From NCBI RefSeq assembly GCF_963921235.1, contig NC_086108.1, forward strand, positions 36,706,001 through 36,770,000: a stretch of DNA of 64,000 bases, written 5' to 3'. Below the pieces are notes generated by a model that saw nothing but the letters and a program-made list of their open reading frames with translations, had not been told where the DNA came from and searched no databases. Source of the stretch: Mobula hypostoma (lineage: Eukaryota). The position numbers and the translations under genes were made by a program. Shown here piece after piece: positions 11,440-25,165 of the stretch (positions are counted from its first letter, which is position 1; the number at the start of each line of letters is the position of its first letter).

Positions 11440-14400
11440 TATTAATGGCAAAGGTAGGAAAAGGAGGAAATCCTGAAGGGAGAATATAGGGAGTTAGGTA
11501 GAAAGTTGAAAATCAGGACCTCTGGGCTGTTGTTTGAGCCTTGCGCCAGTAAGGATAGAAATAGGATGGTTTGGCTGCTGAGTGTGAGGCTGAGGAATTG
11601 GCTCAGGGTTTCAGTTTTCTGGATCATTGGGATCTCTTCTGGGAAAGGTATGACCTGCACAAAATGGAAGGGTTACACCTGATCCCCGAGGGGGGGGGGG
11701 GAGGGTAATATCCTTGTGGACAGGTTTGCTAGAGGTGGTGGGAGGGTTTAAACTAATTTGACAGGGAGATGCGAACCAGAGTGATAAGGCTGAAGATGGG
11801 ACAGTTGATATACAACGAGATGCAGTTTGTAGTGAGACTATGAGGATGAACAAGTAGATGGTGGGGCAAAATTGTAGTTAGTGGGATGAATTGAAATGTA
11901 ACATGGGGCAAAATCGAAAAGGGTGATGAATACAGGACTGAAAGTGTTAAATCTGAATGCATGCAGTATATGGAATAAAGTAAAGATCTTGTAGTGCAGT
12001 TAGAGATAGGCAGGTATGATGTTGTGGTCATCACTGAGTTGTGGCTGAAAAATATCTTAGTTGGGAGCTTAACGTCCAAGGATACACATTGTATTGAAAA
12101 GACAGCAAGATAGACAGAGGGGATGGGCTGGCTCGGTTAGTAAAATATAAAATCAAATGCTTAGAAAGGAGTGACGTAAGATCAGGTGATGTAGGTGCAG
12201 TTAAGAAAATACAGGGGTAAAAAGCTGAAAAGAGAGGACATATAATACAGCAACAATTAATGGGAAGTTAGAGGAATGAGAAGCTTTTAAAAACCAACCA
12301 AAGGCAACTGTGAAAGCCATAGCGAGAAAGAATCAAAATTAGAATCAGATTTAATATCACTGGTATATACTGTGAAATCTGTTAACTTTATGGCTACAGT
12401 ATAATGAAATACATGACCAATAAATATTGAGGGAAAAAAGCTTGTTACATTAAGTATAGATATGTCTATTAAATAGCTAAGTTAAAATAAATAGTGCAAA
12501 AAAAACAGAAATTAAAAAAGTAGTGATGTAGTGTTTATGGGTTCAATGTCTATTTAGAAATGGCAGAGGGGTAGAAACTGTTCCTGAATCATTGAGTGTG
12601 TTGTGTGCCTTCAGGCTTCTGTACCTCCTTCCCAACGGTAACATTGTGAAGAAGGCTGTGGGGATCCTTAATGATGGACACCACCTTCCAAAGGCAATGC
12701 TCCTTGAATATGTCTTGGATACTACGGAGGCTGGCACCTATGTAGGAGCTGACTAATTTTACAAGTTTCTGCAACTTACTTTGATCTTGTGCAGAAGCAC
12801 CCCCACCCCCCAATACCAGACGGCAATGCAGCCCGTCAGAATGCTCTTCACAGTATATTTGCAGAAGTTTTCAAATGTTTTAGTTGACAAACCAAATCTT
12901 CTCAAACTCCTAATGAAATATAGCCGCTGTTTTGTCTTCTTTATAGCTCCATCAATATGTTGCATCCCAGGTTAGGTCCTCAGAGATCTTGACACCCAGG
13001 AACTTGAAATTGCTCACTCTCTCCATTTCTGATCCCTCTATAAGGATTGATTTGTGTTCCCTCATCTTACCCTTCCTGGTACCCGATTAGCTCCTTGGTC
13101 TTGCTGAAGTTGAATGCTAGGTTGTTTCTGCAACACTACTCAACTAGCTGGTATATCTCGCTCCTGTATGCCCTTTTGTCTCCATCTGAGATTCTGCCAA
13201 CAATGGTTGTACCATCAGCAAATTTTTAGATGCTTATCCACGCAGTCAAGAGTGTAGAAAGGGTAGAGCGGTGGGCTAAGCACACATCCCCGTGGAGCGC
13301 AAGTATTAATTGTCAGTGAGGTGGGGGTGTTATTTCCAATCTACACAGTTAGTGGTCTTCCAGTTAGGAAGTCGAGGATCCAGTCGCAGAGGAAGTAACA
13401 GAGGCCTAAGTCCTGTAGCTTTACAGTCAGGACTGTAGGAATCATGGTGATAAGTGCTGAACCATAATCAATAACCTGCATCCTGACTTAGGTATTTGCA
13501 TTGTCCGGATGATCCAAGGCCGCATGGAGAGCAATTGAGGTTGCGTCTGCTGTAGACCTATTGTGGCGATAGGCAAATTGCAGTGGGTCCAAGTCCTTCC
13601 TGAGACAGGTGTTGATTCTAACCATGACCAACCTCTCAAAGAACTTAATCACCGTAGATGTGAGTGCTACTGTACGGAAGTCTTTGGGGGCAGTTCACGC
13701 TGCTCTTCTTAGGCACTGGTACAATTGTTGCTCTTTTGAAGCACATGGGAACTTGTGAATGTAGCAGCGAGAGATGAAATATGAAGGTTAGCTAGGCAGT
13801 AATACAAAAGAGAATACCAAAAGTTTTTCCGGATATGTAAAGAGTAAAAGAAAGGCAGGAGTGGATATAAGACTGCTGGAAAATTACCCTGGAGGGGTAG
13901 TAATGGGGACAAAGAAATGACCTATGAAGAACTTAATAAATATTTTGCATTAGTCTTCACTATGGAATACCCCAGCAGTATGTGAGAAATTTGAGGTAGT
14001 CGGCGGAGGGTAGGGTGAGTGTAGTAGCTGTAGAGACCAGCTGCAGCTGTACAACCTCTGAAAGAGGTGGCTGAAGAGATTGTGGCAGTATTAGTAATGT
14101 ACTTTCAAGAACCACTAAATTCTGGAATAGTTCCTGAGGACTGGAAACTTGCAAGTGTCACTCCACTCTTTAAGAAGGGAAGGAGGAAGAAGAAAGGAAA
14201 TTATAGGCCATTTATCCTGACTACAGTTGTTGGGAAGATGTTGGAGTCCATTATTAAGGATGTGGTTTTGGGGTACTTGGAGGTACATGATAAGCCGAAG
14301 TCAACATGGGTTCCTTAAGGGAAAATCTTACCTGACAGATCTGTTAGAATTCTTTGAAGAAATACCAAGCAGGATAGACAAAGGAGAATTGGAGGATGTT

Positions 14401-16130
14401 GTGTACTTGGATTTTCAGAAGGCCTTTGACAAAGGTGCCACATATGAGGCTGCTTAACAAGCTATGAGCCCATGGTATTATAGGAAAGATTCTAGCATGG
14501 ATAAAGCAGTGGTTGATTGGAAGGAGGCAAAGAGTGGGAATAAAGGGAGACTTTTCTGGTTGACTGCCGGTGACTAGTGGTGTCCCACAGGGGCCAGTGT
14601 GTGGACAGAGTTTTCACACTACATGTCAATGATTTGAATGACAAAATTGGATTTCTCCATTCTATATGGACATCCCTCTATTCTGAGGTTGTGCCCCATG
14701 TTCCTAAACTCTCCCACTTTAGGAAACATCCTCTCTACATCCACTTTATCTAGGTCTTTAAATATTCAATAAGTTCAATGAGATTCCCCCCTCATTCTTC
14801 TAAATTTCAGTGAGTACCCGCCCACAGCCATCAAACGCTCCTCATAATTTAAGCATTTCCTTCATGGAATCATTTTCATGCACCTCTTTTGAATTCTCTC
14901 CAATGTTAGCATGTAAAAGAGAGGTGAGAGTGGATATCCGACTACTGGAAAACGATGTTGGAGAGATACTAAAGTGGGACAATGAAATAGCGAATGAACT
15001 GAATAAGTATTTTGCATCAGTCTTCACAGTGAAAGACACTAGCAGGATAGTGGAAGTTCCAGGTGTCAGGAGTCATGAAGTGTGTAAAGCTACCATAACT
15101 GGAGAAAAGGGTCTTGGGAAATGGAAAGGTCTAAAGGTAAGTAAGTCACCTGTACCAGAGTTCTGAAAAAGGCAGCTGAAGAGACCATGGAGCATTATCA
15201 ATGATCTTTCACAAATCACAAGAGGGGTGGAGGGGCAGGTAGTGTTGAAGAAGCAGGGAGTCTGTAAAAGGACTTAGACAGATTGAGAGTATGGTCAAAC
15301 AAGTGGCAGATGGAATATGGTGTAGGGAATTGTATGGTCCTGTACCTTGGTAAAAGAAATAAAGGCATATGCTATTTTCTAAACGGGGAGAAAATTCAAA
15401 AATTAGAGGTGCAGAGGGACTTGGAATTCCTCACGAAGGATTCCCTAAAGGTTAACTTGCAGGTTGAGGAGGTGGTAAACAAGGCAAATGCAACGTTAGC
15501 ATTCATTTGGAGAGGACTAGAAAATGAAAGGAAGGATGTAATGCTGAGGCTTTTAAAGCATTGGTCAGATCACGCTTGGAAATTTTATGAGTGGTCTTGG
15601 GCCCCTTATTTAAGAAAGGATGTGCTGGTATTGGAAAGGTTCCAGAGGTGATTCTGGAATGAAAGGGTTATTGTATGAGGACCGTTTGATTGCTTTGGAC
15701 CTGAAGAATGTGTGGGGACGAGGAGGTGGAGGTGTTCTGATGAAGATCTACAGAATACGGAAAGATGTAGATACAGTGGATGTGGAGAGAATGTTTCCTA
15801 CAGGAGGTGGGGAAATCTTGGACCACAGTGCGCTATGTCAGAATAGAGGGCCACCCATTTAGAACAGAGATGAGAAGGAATTTCTTTAGCCAGAAAGTAG
15901 TGAATCTGTGGAATTCATTGCCACAAATGGTTGTGGAGGCCAGTCACTGGGTATATTTAAAGAGCAGGTTGATAAGTAGTTGATTACTTTGGGTATCAAA
16001 GGAAACGGAGAGAAGGCAGAAGAATGGGATTGAGAGGAATAATATATCAGCCATGATGGAATGGCAGAGCAGTCCTAATGGACCAAATGACTTAATTCTG
16101 CTCATACATCTGATGGTCTCATGGCCTTAT
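11440..16130 (+). mobile_element. Composite CR1 LINE: ORF1 esterase remnant, ORF2 pieces and 3' end, with nested Rex and inverted CR1 piece
   Basis: ORF1-like EYRELGRKLK..GFSFLDHWDLFWERYDLHKMEGLHL; ORF2 start LNACSIWNKVKDLVVQLEIG; GNYRP..VVGKMLESII; YLDFQKAFDK; 3' end ~16000-16130. Minus-strand CR1 piece at ~14657-14910. Probably more than one copy. Confidence 0.85.
12331..13768 (-). mobile_element. Rex1/Babar-like LINE, 5'-truncated, inserted in CR1
   Basis: KKTKQRLYFIRSLRRFGLS..ILTGCIAVWY and DPLQFAYRHNRSTADA on the minus strand; CR1 reads continuously across 12330/13770. Confidence 0.88.
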
Positions 16131-16959
16131 AATGGGGACATTCAGTAAACCTACTTGACTGAAGCATTTTAAAGGACCAATAGCAAACCTAATGGAACAC
16201 ACCACAAATATAAGATTAATTGGGTAAATGCCTCAATGCACAGCCTTAACAAGTGTCCACGTCTGCACGTGCTGAACTGGACAGAGGATGAGCAACTACA
16301 GAGTACAAGCAGTGGATATGATTCGTTTGAACTGTTCAAGGTTCCCAGTATCTGCAGAATCTCTTATGCTTAAGACTTAGCAGTATCTGTTTTCTTTTAT
16401 CCTCTGGAATTCTGTGTCCCATCTCCTGTGAATTACAAGGACTTAGTGCACTGCATTTTTTTGACTGCTCCTTTTCACTTCTCAACAACTGGTAGATATT
16501 CTCAAAAATGAAGTGCTTATCTCTTGTGCTTGGGCCAAGTTTTGCTGCCTATAGAAGGCAGTTCTGAAGGAAGCCACCAATGTTTAAGTATTTGACTCTA
16601 AGCAAGTCTTGGGCTTAAAGGGAGTTGAAAATTTACTTTCAGGCTCAGAGCATATAATCAATCACAACATGCTGGCATGAGATTCCCCAGCATTACACAC
16701 CCGGAGCAGGATCTGTGTACTCATTCATTCCAATGGGAATCTGTGGTCTTGCTAATTAGGATAGAAAGCAAAAGAAAGTTACTTTTAAAAATCATTTTCT
16801 TAATTTTAAAAAAAATCCCTTAGTGCTTATTTCTGTCTTAATTAAGAAAGTGAAGGTTGAAGTTAATTATAATTCTTTATTCTTTAAGTTAATTACTTCA
16901 TTCAATTTTAAATGCCTCTGAATGTGGAAACTGTGAAAATACACAACTTCGTCAGAATA

Positions 16960-17133
16960 TGTGTGTTTCCTCCGGGTGCTCTGGTTTCCTCCCACAGTCC
17001 AAAGTTAGTTGGTTAATTGGTCTTTGTAAATTTCCACGTGATCAGGCTTGGGTTGAATGGGCGGGCTGCTGGGTGGTGCCACTCAAAGGGCCATAAGGGC
17101 CTATTCTGTGATGTATCTCAGTAAATAAATAAA
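16960..17133 (+). mobile_element. V-SINE (HE1-like) 3' part
   Basis: TTTCCTCCGGGTGCTCTGGTTTCCTCCCACAGTCCAAA V-domain signature; CR1-like tail ending (TAAA)n. Confidence 0.75.
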
Positions 17134-17236
17134 ACAAATTGCTGGAGGAACTCAGCAGGTCAGGCAGCATCTATGGAGGGGGAATAATCATTCAGTGTTT
17201 CAGGCCAAGACCCTTCGTTAGGACTGGAAAGGAAGT
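17134..17236 (-). mobile_element. Penelope terminal-repeat fragment with decayed hammerhead
   Basis: Minus strand AGTCCTAACGAAGGGTCTTGGCCTGAAAC..GATGCTGCCTGACCTGCTGAGTTCCTCCAGC. Confidence 0.8.
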
Positions 17237-17269
17237 TGGCAGCAGCCAGCATAATTCTGCAGGATGACG

Positions 17270-17548
17270 CGATAACATAGTGTCAGCGCATTGCTTTACA
17301 GCGGCAGTGACCACCGGTCCCAGTTCAGGTCCCGCTGCTGCCTGTAAGGAGTTTGTACGTTCTCCCTGTGACTGCACGTGTTTCCTCCAGGTGCTTTTGT
17401 TTCATCCCATATTCCAAAGATTTACAGGCTTAGTTGAGTTGTGGACATGCCATGTTGGCACAAAAGTGTGACGACATTTTTGTGCTGCCCTTAGCATAAT
17501 CACTAGACTATGTTGGTTGTTGATGCAAAATGATGCATTTCACTCAAC
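17270..17548 (+). mobile_element. tRNA-derived V-SINE
   Basis: CTGTAAGGAGTTTGTACGTTCTCCCTGTGAC..TTTCCTCCAGGTGC; its 3' part resembles 29770-29900. Confidence 0.7.
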
Positions 17549-18929
17549 AGTATATTTTCTGTTTGTTATAAAGAGATTTTAGATATCATTATGTGTTTGC
17601 ACTTTATACAGTGCTTTCACTTACAGCTCATAGTAAGAGAAGAGCTTAGTTTTTAAAAGTAATCTGAGTGATCTGTGTGTTTTTCTCATATTTATTTTCA
17701 CAAGTCATATTTTTAATGACTGTTCTGGGCTTCTTTCTGCAATAATAATACTTGTTTCCCCGTTGTCTTTCACATCCCTCAACTTCATTTCAATCCTGAA
17801 ACCAACCACTTTAAGACAAAAATGATCCTCTGTACTGGTTAACTCATTATTTCTGGTGGATTTTTGAATATTAAATCTGCACTATCATCTGCTCAGTTCC
17901 CTGCTTTACATTTTCTGGCTAAGAAATATTTCTATACACAGCTTAACTTGTAGATTTTCTTACAGATATGTTGATTAGATCGTTGGGGTGGGGGGGGGGT
18001 GATGAAGCTGATGTGTTTAAAATATGTGTGAGGTGAGCTAGAGAACTGGGCATCGATTGAAATAGATTAGACATTTATGTGCATGGCAAAATCGTGCTTC
18101 TTTGTGGACCTGCAGCAAATTCCTGCAATTTAAAAAGTAATAAGTGAACGCTCACAGCAGGAATGAATTTATTTCATGCTGATTGTTCCTACATAAAACA
18201 AAACCTTGATTGCAAATTGGTCAAGTACAAAGTTGCATCACCTGAATGTCTTGGTGATGCCCTTGATTGTAATAAATGTGGATGATGGGATTACTGAATA
18301 CACAGAATTATGTGACGTGTCAGGTCAGTTTAAATCATTTTAATAAAGCTTGTCTTTTCTGCACTGAATGGCATGAATAGAACTATGTAGCTCCTTTGAT
18401 TAGGAAACCTAGTTACTGGAGGGGTTCACTCTCTTCTGTCAATATATTTGGAGCACAGTTTATCACAAATTTCACCCATAATTATGTAATATATCAAATA
18501 CTATTTACTGAGACTGTGGCTGACTGAGACCTCAAATCCTTCTGAGAATTAACATTTGTGACATGGCCGCAGTGTTTTCTGTGTCACACTGATCGCCTGA
18601 GATCATATGCTTCATGTCAGGAGTGAGCTTATGCCTGCTCAAGTTGCAGCCACTGGCAGTTTCTACATGTTCTGAAGGTCCCCGTCTTTGTTCCTCAACT
18701 CCCCCTCTCCTCCGATCAATATTTTGGTGTCTGTTTTCTTTTATTTGAATTTCAATGGTCTATATTTATTCAGGAGGATTTATTTTATTCACCATAGGAT
18801 TAATAGCCTGAGATATCGATTTATCCTGCAAGTTCATTGATATGTCCTTGCAGGTATTCCATTTGTTTGGTATTATGATGTTGAATGATATCCATAATTG
18901 GTGATTTTAACCTCTTCTCCCATTATACT

Positions 18930-19432
18930 TATTGAATAGACGAGACTACTGCAATGCATTTTCACTGGCTTTCCAAAGCAATCTATTGATATACAGTACT
19001 TCATCTCACTCAGAACATTGCTGCTAGACTTTTAACCTAAACCATCCAGCATATCACTCCCATCCTAACTACTCTGTATTGGCTTATATTTTTATAATTG
19101 ATTTAAAAATTCTCTTACTTGATTTTAAAGCTCTCAATGATCTAAGACCGAAGTTCATCACAGAATCACTTTCATTCTATAATCTTGCTCGAGCACTCGG
19201 GTTTTCTTTCTCTGGTCTGTTTGATCAAAAGATAATTCACAGGTCATTGTTTGTGAACAATGCTCCTAAACTATGGAACACAATACCTGAAGCTAAAAGG
19301 GATGCAGACGCAGCTGACACTTCAAACCCCAGCTCAAAACTGATTTATTTAACCATGCATTTGTTTTGTCTTTCATTTTCATGTAGGCACTTTATCCCTT
19401 TGTGAAGCACTTTGAACTACAGCGCTTGTATT
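18930..19432 (+). mobile_element. L2 LINE 3' fragment, old
   Basis: DYCNAF..QNIAARLLT..HITPILTTLYWL..IDLKILLLDFKALN..APKLWNTIP, the typical L2 ORF2 C-terminus. Confidence 0.85.
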
Positions 19433-19444
19433 ACAGGTTTTCTC

Positions 19445-19830
19445 TCTCTTTCCCATTACACTGCTATCCTTTAGAGCAGCAATGAAGGTCCTCCATCTCT
19501 GGCACTGTTCATGGCTTCCTCCATTGTGTCAGTAGCTTCCTCTCAATTTTCACGACTGTCAGTCGTGCAAGTCCCAAGTGGAGACTCAGGGATACCGTCA
19601 CACACAGATGTAGAAAGATTCTTCATTGCTGTTTCCGTAACAATTTTGTTTTACAGATCAGTGTTGCTAGCCCTGGAACCTGGACGGTCAGTAGATCATT
19701 CCTAGTCTGACCTCTATACAATTTGACTTGTTTGGTGTGCGTGACCCTATGAAGAGCCAAAGCATCAAGTCCTGACTCCAGCCAACATAGCCCTCTGGGT
19801 CATTCAGGCATGCAAGCCTCCAAACCAGAC
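19445..19830 (-). mobile_element. Probable RTE-related non-autonomous retroposon
   Basis: ACTCCAGCCAACATAGCCCTCTGGGTCATT..GCAAGCCTCCAAACC resembles RTE 5' UTR sequence; recognised by eye only. Confidence 0.45.
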
Positions 19831-19923
19831 GTTCTCTATGAATATTATTGTTGTACTTATTTTTTTCTCAGCTCAACCTGGTAAAACCTGAGGTACAGAC
19901 AGAGCCAAGCCTGCTCATTTCTC

Positions 19924-19948
19924 ATTATTATTATTATTATTATTATTA
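19924..19948. repeat. (ATT)n microsatellite
   Basis: Direct reading. Confidence 0.95.
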
Positions 19949-19964
19949 CTATACTTGGAGATTA

Positions 19965-21012
19965 CACTCAGTGACCACTTCATTAGGTATGTTTGTGATC
20001 TTCTGCTACTGTAGCCTAACCATTTCAAGGTTCAACGTGTTGTGCATTCAGAGATGCTCTTCTGTGCATCATTGTTTTAGCGCATGGTTACTGAGTTACT
20101 GTCATCTTCCTTCCTGTCAGCTTGAAACTGTCCGGTCATTCCCCTCTGAACTCTCTCACTAACAAGGCATTTTCACCCACGGAATGGCTGCTCACTGGAT
20201 GTTTTTTTTTTGTTTTTCACACCATTCTCTGTAAACTGCCACGGGTTGTGTGTCCAGAGAGCCGCGCCTTTCTGGGGCCAACTCTCTGGGTTCAGAGCTC
20301 AGAAAAAGCGACGCAACAGACTTTAAACATCAATCAGTGAATTTTTTGTTATGTATCCCCTCTCGCTGTGGAACGGGGACATCTCTTTTTCCTTTATTAG
20401 AGAGAGAGAGCGAGCCTGTGGTATGTCGAATTACTGGATGAATGAGTAGTCTTTGGGGTACTGCAAGTCTGTGTCTTTATTGATGCTTGTTGCATGCTTG
20501 AGTGCTTGTTGGAGGTTTTTGATGCTTTTTTGCTGGTGGGAGTGGGGGGTGGTCATTGCCTTGCTGCTGCTTGTTCATAGGAGGGGGGAGCTGGGGGTCG
20601 CATTGAGATTCTAATGTTTAACTGTCATTCATTCTTTGGGGCACTCCTCTGTTTTCATGGATGTCTGTGAAGAAAAAGGATTTCAGGATGTATATTGTAT
20701 ACATTTCTCTGACATTAACTGTACCTATTGAAACCTATCGAACTCTAGAGACTGTTATGCATGAAAACCACAGGAGATCAGCAATTTCTGAGCTACTTAA
20801 ATCACTTGCCTGGCACCAACAAACATTTCACTGTTAAAGTCATTTAGATCACTTTTCTTTACCATTCTGGTGTTTGGCCTGAATGACACCTGGATATCTT
20901 AATCATATCTGTATGCTTTAATGCACTGAGTTGCTGCCACATGACTGGTTGATTAGATATTTGCATGAATGAGCAGGTGTGCAGGTGCACCTAACAAAGT
21001 GGGGACTGAGTG
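19965..21012. mobile_element. Tc1/mariner-type non-autonomous DNA transposon with nested retroposon
   Basis: TA|CACTCAGTGACCACTTCATTAGGT ... ACCTAACAAAGTGGGGACTGAGTG|TA: imperfect inverted termini with TA duplication. Confidence 0.85.
20238..20740 (+). mobile_element. Non-LTR retroposon 3' UTR fragment inserted in the Tc1-like element
   Basis: Ends in a CCTATTGAAACCTATCG tail; flanked by AACT (20234-20237 and 20741-20744). Confidence 0.7.
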
Positions 21013-22294
21013 TACTTTTAAAACATGTAAACACACGTAATGATCCTGAATTGAACATCATATTGCATTAATCAATTTATTCATATTAACACCTGGAGGT
21101 TGAAGTGTTGAATATAGTAGATTAGAGGTGCATGTTTCAAGTAGAAAGATGAAAAAGATTTAAAGTACATTTATTATCTAAGTACTGTATGTGTACAGAA
21201 TAAGACTCTGAGATACGGCAGCTGCTAGCAGATTGCAAGTCTGGCAGCAGGGTAGGGCAGTTCCTCTCTCCAAGAAACTAGTAGACTTGCATTACACGTT
21301 AGTTCAGCTTTAGTGAATTTAGAAAAAGACTAATGGAAGAGCATAAGTAGGGAGACCATGTGGATCCATATTAAGATATCAGGGGCATTGATTGCCCCGC
21401 CTGATAGCATGTAGTGAATGTCAACATATTTGATTCCAATACTTAATGTAAAGGCAAGGAGCACATTCCCCTTGGTGGAAGGGGTCACCTGCAGTGTAGC
21501 TACTCTCAGAGTAGGAACTTAAAGCATTGCCACAAGCCAGCCTAAACTTTTCTCAAGCCATTCTAATGACAGCCCATTGTGGAGCAGATTGCTTTGGACT
21601 CATCCAGTGGCTGATGGCTTCTGCTGGAGGCAGTATTGGCTGTTGTGTGAAGTGAGCCACAGTGGGTTACCAGTCCGCTGTCTATCTGCTCCAGGAAGAG
21701 TGCTGGTGACATTCTGGATTTATCAAAGTGCTTTTCACTGTCGGGATATCAATGTCATTCCTGATTCTCCTACAAGACTTTTGAATGTGACCCACAGCCA
21801 TTCAGAATTCTGCAGATTACTACAGTTTTATCAGAGAGAGTGTAGCCTCCTGACTATACAATGAGATTCAGCACTGTTCATATTTGTCCATCAGATGACT
21901 ACAGCTGTGAATTAGCAGCCTGCTGCCAGCCGGTCTGCAGGTGCTGTGTGTTTGGGGAGAGAGACTGAGCTGTGAGAAGAGTGCTACGTAATAGGAGTGG
22001 ATCCAGCGACTCTGGTTGGAAAGCTGCCATCAAAAGATAATACAAATTCATGTCATATTGGATTAGTTAACTTTATTTGACGTTCATGTTTAGAAGTTTA
22101 TTGTAAATAAAACCTCAAATGTCCAACCATTTCAACAAAATGCGTAGAAAGAATGACAAAAGAACCATGGCCCCATGTGAATAGATTTCTCAGCCAGTAA
22201 CTTTAACCTTTCAAATATCTGACAGACATTTCTGCCCTTTCAGTGATCTGAAAATTTAGAGACAGCAGAGATCTGAGAGAAATGGTAATGAAAT

Positions 22295-22709
22295 ACAACT
22301 TCTGGAACTTCCAGTAACTGCCTTCCCCCTGCCCCAATTCCACCATTCCCCATTCCCTTTTCCCCATTCCCTTTTCCCCATTCCCTTTTCCCTCTCTCAC
22401 CTTAACTCCTTACCTGCCCATCACCTCCCTCTGGTGCTCCTCCCCCTTTCCTTTCTTCCATGGCCTCCTATTCTCCCCTATCAGACTCTAGCCTGTATCT
22501 CTTTCACCAATCAGTTTCCCAGCTCTTTACTTCATCCCTCACCTTCCCGGTTTCACCTATCACCTTGTGTTTCTCTCCCCCCTCACCTTTTAAATCTACT
22601 CCTCATCTTTTTTTCTCCAATCTTGCTGGAGGATCGTGGCCCGAAATGTCGACTGCACTTTTTTCCATAGATGCTGAGTTCCTCCAGCATTTTGTGTGTG
22701 TTGCTTGGA
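22295..22709 (+). mobile_element. Penelope-like element 3' UTR and terminal repeat
   Basis: Pyrimidine-rich UTR with a 14-bp TTCCCTTTTCCCCA tandem; decayed hammerhead ..GGCCCGAAATGTCGACTG; ends CATTTTGTGTGTGTTGC. Confidence 0.85.
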
Positions 22710-23142
22710 CCCCAGGTGACTTTTCAAATATTATTTTATAATATGATGGCCTTGCTGTCAAAACCAGCATTTGTTACCCAATCCTATTTATACTTGAGAA
22801 TTGATGGTAAACTGCCTTCTTGAAACCTTGCAGTCTTTGAAGTAACAATACACTCACGGAGTTAGAGGGTAACGAATTCTTGGATTTACACCCAGCAACT
22901 TTGAAGGAGCAATGGCATGTTTTTAAGTCAGTATGGTGTGTCATTCAAGGGGAGCTCAGAGTTGTTAGAGATGATTGCATCGTAAAGAAAACGATGCTGG
23001 TTAAAAAAAAGACCATGAAGATGGAAATAGGGCAATTATGTTACATGCATAGAACTAAAACAAAAATCAGTGGAGTTATATTAAACTTGTATGGAATCTT
23101 GACATAATTCTGGTCTCCGTATTACAGAAATGATTTATAGAG

Positions 23143-25165
23143 AATGAAACAGGGCAGTTATGGTAGAGTACAGGAACCGTGGTGTACAAAGGCTATAGTA
23201 AATCTAGTTAAGAAGAAAGGAAAAGCTTATGAAAGGCTCAGAGAGTTAGAGATACAGAAGATTATAAGGCTAACAGGAAGGAGATAAAGAAGGAAATTAA
23301 GAGAGCCAGAAGGGGCCATGAGAAGGCCTTGGCGGGCAGGATTAAGGAAAGCCCAAGGCATTCGACATGTATATGAAGAGCAAGAGGATAAGACATGAGA
23401 GAACAGGACATCTCAAGTGTGACAGTGGAAAAGTGTGTATGGAACCGGAGGAAATAGCTGAGGTACTTAATGAATACTTTACTTTAGTATTCACTATGGA
23501 AAAGGATCTTGGTGATTGTAGGGATGACTTACAATGGACTGAAAAGCTTGAGCATGTAGATATTAAGAAAGAGGATGTGCTGGATCTTTTGTAAAGCATC
23601 AAGTTGGATAAGTTGCCGGGACCAGATGAGATGTACCCCAGGCTACTGTGGGAGGCAAGGGAGGAGATTGCTGAGCCTCTGGTGATGATCCTTGCATCAT
23701 TAATGGGGACGGGAGAGGTTCCGGAGGATTAGAGGGTTGCGGCTGTTGTTCCCTTATTGAAGAAAGGGAGTAGAGATAGCCCAGGAAATTATAGGCCAGT
23801 GAGTCTTACTTCAGTGGTTGGTAAGTTGATGGAGAAGATCCTGAGAGGCAGGATTTATGAACATTTGGAGAGGCATAATATGATTAGGAATAGTCAGCAT
23901 GGCTTTGTCAAGGGCAGGTTGTGCCTTACGAGCCTGATTGAATTTTTTGAGAATGTGACTAAACACATTGATGAAGGAAGAGCAGTAGATGTAGTGTATA
24001 TGGATTTCAGCAAGGCATTTGATAAGGTAACCCATGCTAGGCTTATTGAGAAAGTAAAGGGGCATGGGATCCAAGGGGACATTTCTTTGTGGATCCACAA
24101 CTGGCTTGCCCGCAGAGGCAAAGAGTGGTTGTAGACGCGTCATATTCTGCATGGAGGTCAGTCACCAGTGGAGCTCCTCAGGGATCTGTTCTGGGACCCT
24201 TACTCTTCGTGATTTTTATAAGTGACCTGGATGAGGAAATGGAGGGAGGGGTTAGTAAGTTTGCTGATGACACAAAGTTTGGAGGTGTTGTGGATAGTGT
24301 GGAGGGCTGTCAGAGGTCGCAATGGGACATTGATAGGATGCAAAACTGGGCTGAGAAGTGGTAGATGGAGTTCAACCCAGATAAGTGTGAAGTGGTTCAT
24401 TTTTGTAGGTCAAATATGATGGCAGAATATAATATTAATGTTAAGACTCTTGACAATGTAGAGAATCAGAGGGATCTTGGGGTCCGAATCCATAGGATGC
24501 TCAAAGCAACTGCACAGGTTGACTCTGTGGTTAAGAAGGCATACAGTGTATTGGCCTTCATCAATCGTGGAATTGAATTTAGGAGCTGAGAGGTAATGTT
24601 ACAGCTATATAGGACCCTAGTCAGACCCTACTTGGAGTACTGTGCTCAGTTCTGGTTGTCTCACTACAGGAAGGATGTGGAAACCGTAGAAAGGGTGCAG
24701 AGGAGATTTACAAGAATGCTGCCTGGATTGGGGAGCATGCCTTATGAAAACATGTTGAGTGAACTTGGCCTTTTCTCCTTGGACGACGGAGGATGAGAGG
24801 TGACCTGACAGAGGTGTATAAGATGATGAGAGGCATTGATTGTGTGGATAGTCAGAGGCTTTTTCCCAGGGCTGAAATGGCTGCCACAATAGGGCACAGG
24901 TTTAAGGTGCTTGGGAATAGGTACAGAGGAGATGTCAGGGGTAAGTTTTTTACGCAGAGAGTGGTGAGTGCATGAAATGAGCTGCCGGCAACTGTGATGG
25001 AAGCGGATACGATAGGGTCTTTTAAGAGACTTTTGGATAGGTACATGGAGCTTACAAAAATTGAGGGCTCTGGGTAACCCTAGTGACTTCTAAGGTAGGA
25101 GCATATTCGGCACAACTTTGTGGGCCAAAGGGCCTGTATTGTGCTGTAGGTTTTCTATGTTTCTA
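23143..25165 (+). mobile_element. CR1 LINE, 5'-truncated, relatively young, inserted in an older CR1 remnant
   Basis: [58 protein letters not shown]; tail TTTTCTATGTTTCTA. Old CR1 traces at ~23060-23140 and ~25170-25500. Confidence 0.95.
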
